Source: Lama glama (Eukaryota). From it: a DNA stretch of 64,000 bases. The stretch covers positions 42,596,001 through 42,660,000 of the forward strand of contig CM052816.1 of the NCBI GenBank assembly GCA_028534125.1, written 5' to 3'. Position 1 is the stretch's first letter, and each line of letters starts with the position of its first letter. The notes beneath the pieces are model-generated. The model was not told the DNA's origin. It did not search any database and saw nothing but the letters and a program-made list of their open reading frames with translations. The translations under genes and the position numbers were made by a program. Below are positions 63,095-64,000 of this stretch, piece by piece.

Positions 63095-64000
63095 CTGCAA
63101 AGAACAAAAACGGGAAGTGAAGCAATATTGTACGCAACGGCCATCGATATGAGGATTAGATGGTGAGAGTGGTCTGGGAGAACACAGGGAAGGCCCAATT
63201 CCATGTTTAATGTATCTGTACATGATGCAGCCTTCAGCCTACTCTGACAGCAGACAGGAGAAGGGGGCATTATGAACAAATAATGATAAAATCACATCAA
63301 TGAACAAACCAAATCAAATGAAGAACAATCTATGGCTGCCAGAGTGGCTGAACGTCTTTAAGCAGATGACAGGCCGCATCTGTGGGTAACAAAGACTATT
63401 TGATGTTCTTGAGGATTTCATTTAAGCCTTTAATCTAAGGTCATGGCCTTCACTAACTGCACTTGTATCTGTGCAGAAAGTAATCCAGCAGAGAGATTAT
63501 GGTTAGTAAAGGTATACACTTGGCCATATCTCAACAAGTTCACCTGAAGAGAAAACCAGAGAATATTTTGAGAAGGAAATGTCATCAACCTAAGGGTATG
63601 GGTTTCAATGTGTAAATCTTTCTATGAGAAGGTTATGTCTGAATAGTTGCTTTTAAGTGGGATGTACTATTACACACTGAGCAGGGTTTCCAGCACATTT
63701 ATCATCCTGAGTTCCAACAGCTAATGAAAGGGAAACTCAGAAACTTGGCCATGACATCATCACCTTGGTGCCAACCCAGTGACACTCACTAATCCATCTA
63801 ACCACTCAATTCAGATGACAGTAAGTTGCTGGCAGACAAACTTGGAACATGAATATAGTTCTTTTTATTACTATTGCAATAAAGTATACACAACTCAAAA
63901 CTTATCATTTTAACCATCTTTAAGTGTACAGTTTGGTGGCATTAAGTACATTCACATCATTGTGCAACCATCACCACTATCTATTTCCAGAAATTTTTTA

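Noticed and set aside
62945..63223. 92-aa ORF as a stand-alone gene
   Set aside because: Only 62998-63094 is the RHOBTB3 exon; the flanks are intronic.

Overview
Mammalian genomic DNA, most likely camelid: three copies of a tRNA-derived SINE resemble the Vicugna/Camelus SINE, judged from recall. The window holds the complete glutaredoxin-1 gene GLRX on the + strand. Its coding exons are 26969-27175 and 33249-33362 (106 aa, CPYC active site), followed by a non-coding last exon ending near 36200. Converging on it from the - strand are the last two coding exons and the ~2.8 kb 3' UTR of RHOBTB3. The rest is non-coding and repeat-rich. A dense cluster of about 11 ERV LTRs lies 3-17 kb upstream of GLRX, with same-family pairs in inverted and direct orientation and a three-level L2<L1<LTR nest. 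There is also a TSD-bounded, internally deleted old L1, many L1/L2/MIR/MLT/MER fragments and a 500-N assembly gap. Almost all listed ORFs are chance or repeat-derived. I found no convincing new biological system. The best leads are modest: the LTR cluster, an orphan acceptor plus 127-codon frame, a possible cryptic RHOBTB3 exon, a CSVM CaaX variant, a GGCND variant in GLRX, and some regulatory motif clusters. Repeat family names and comparisons with other species come from memory, not from a database search.
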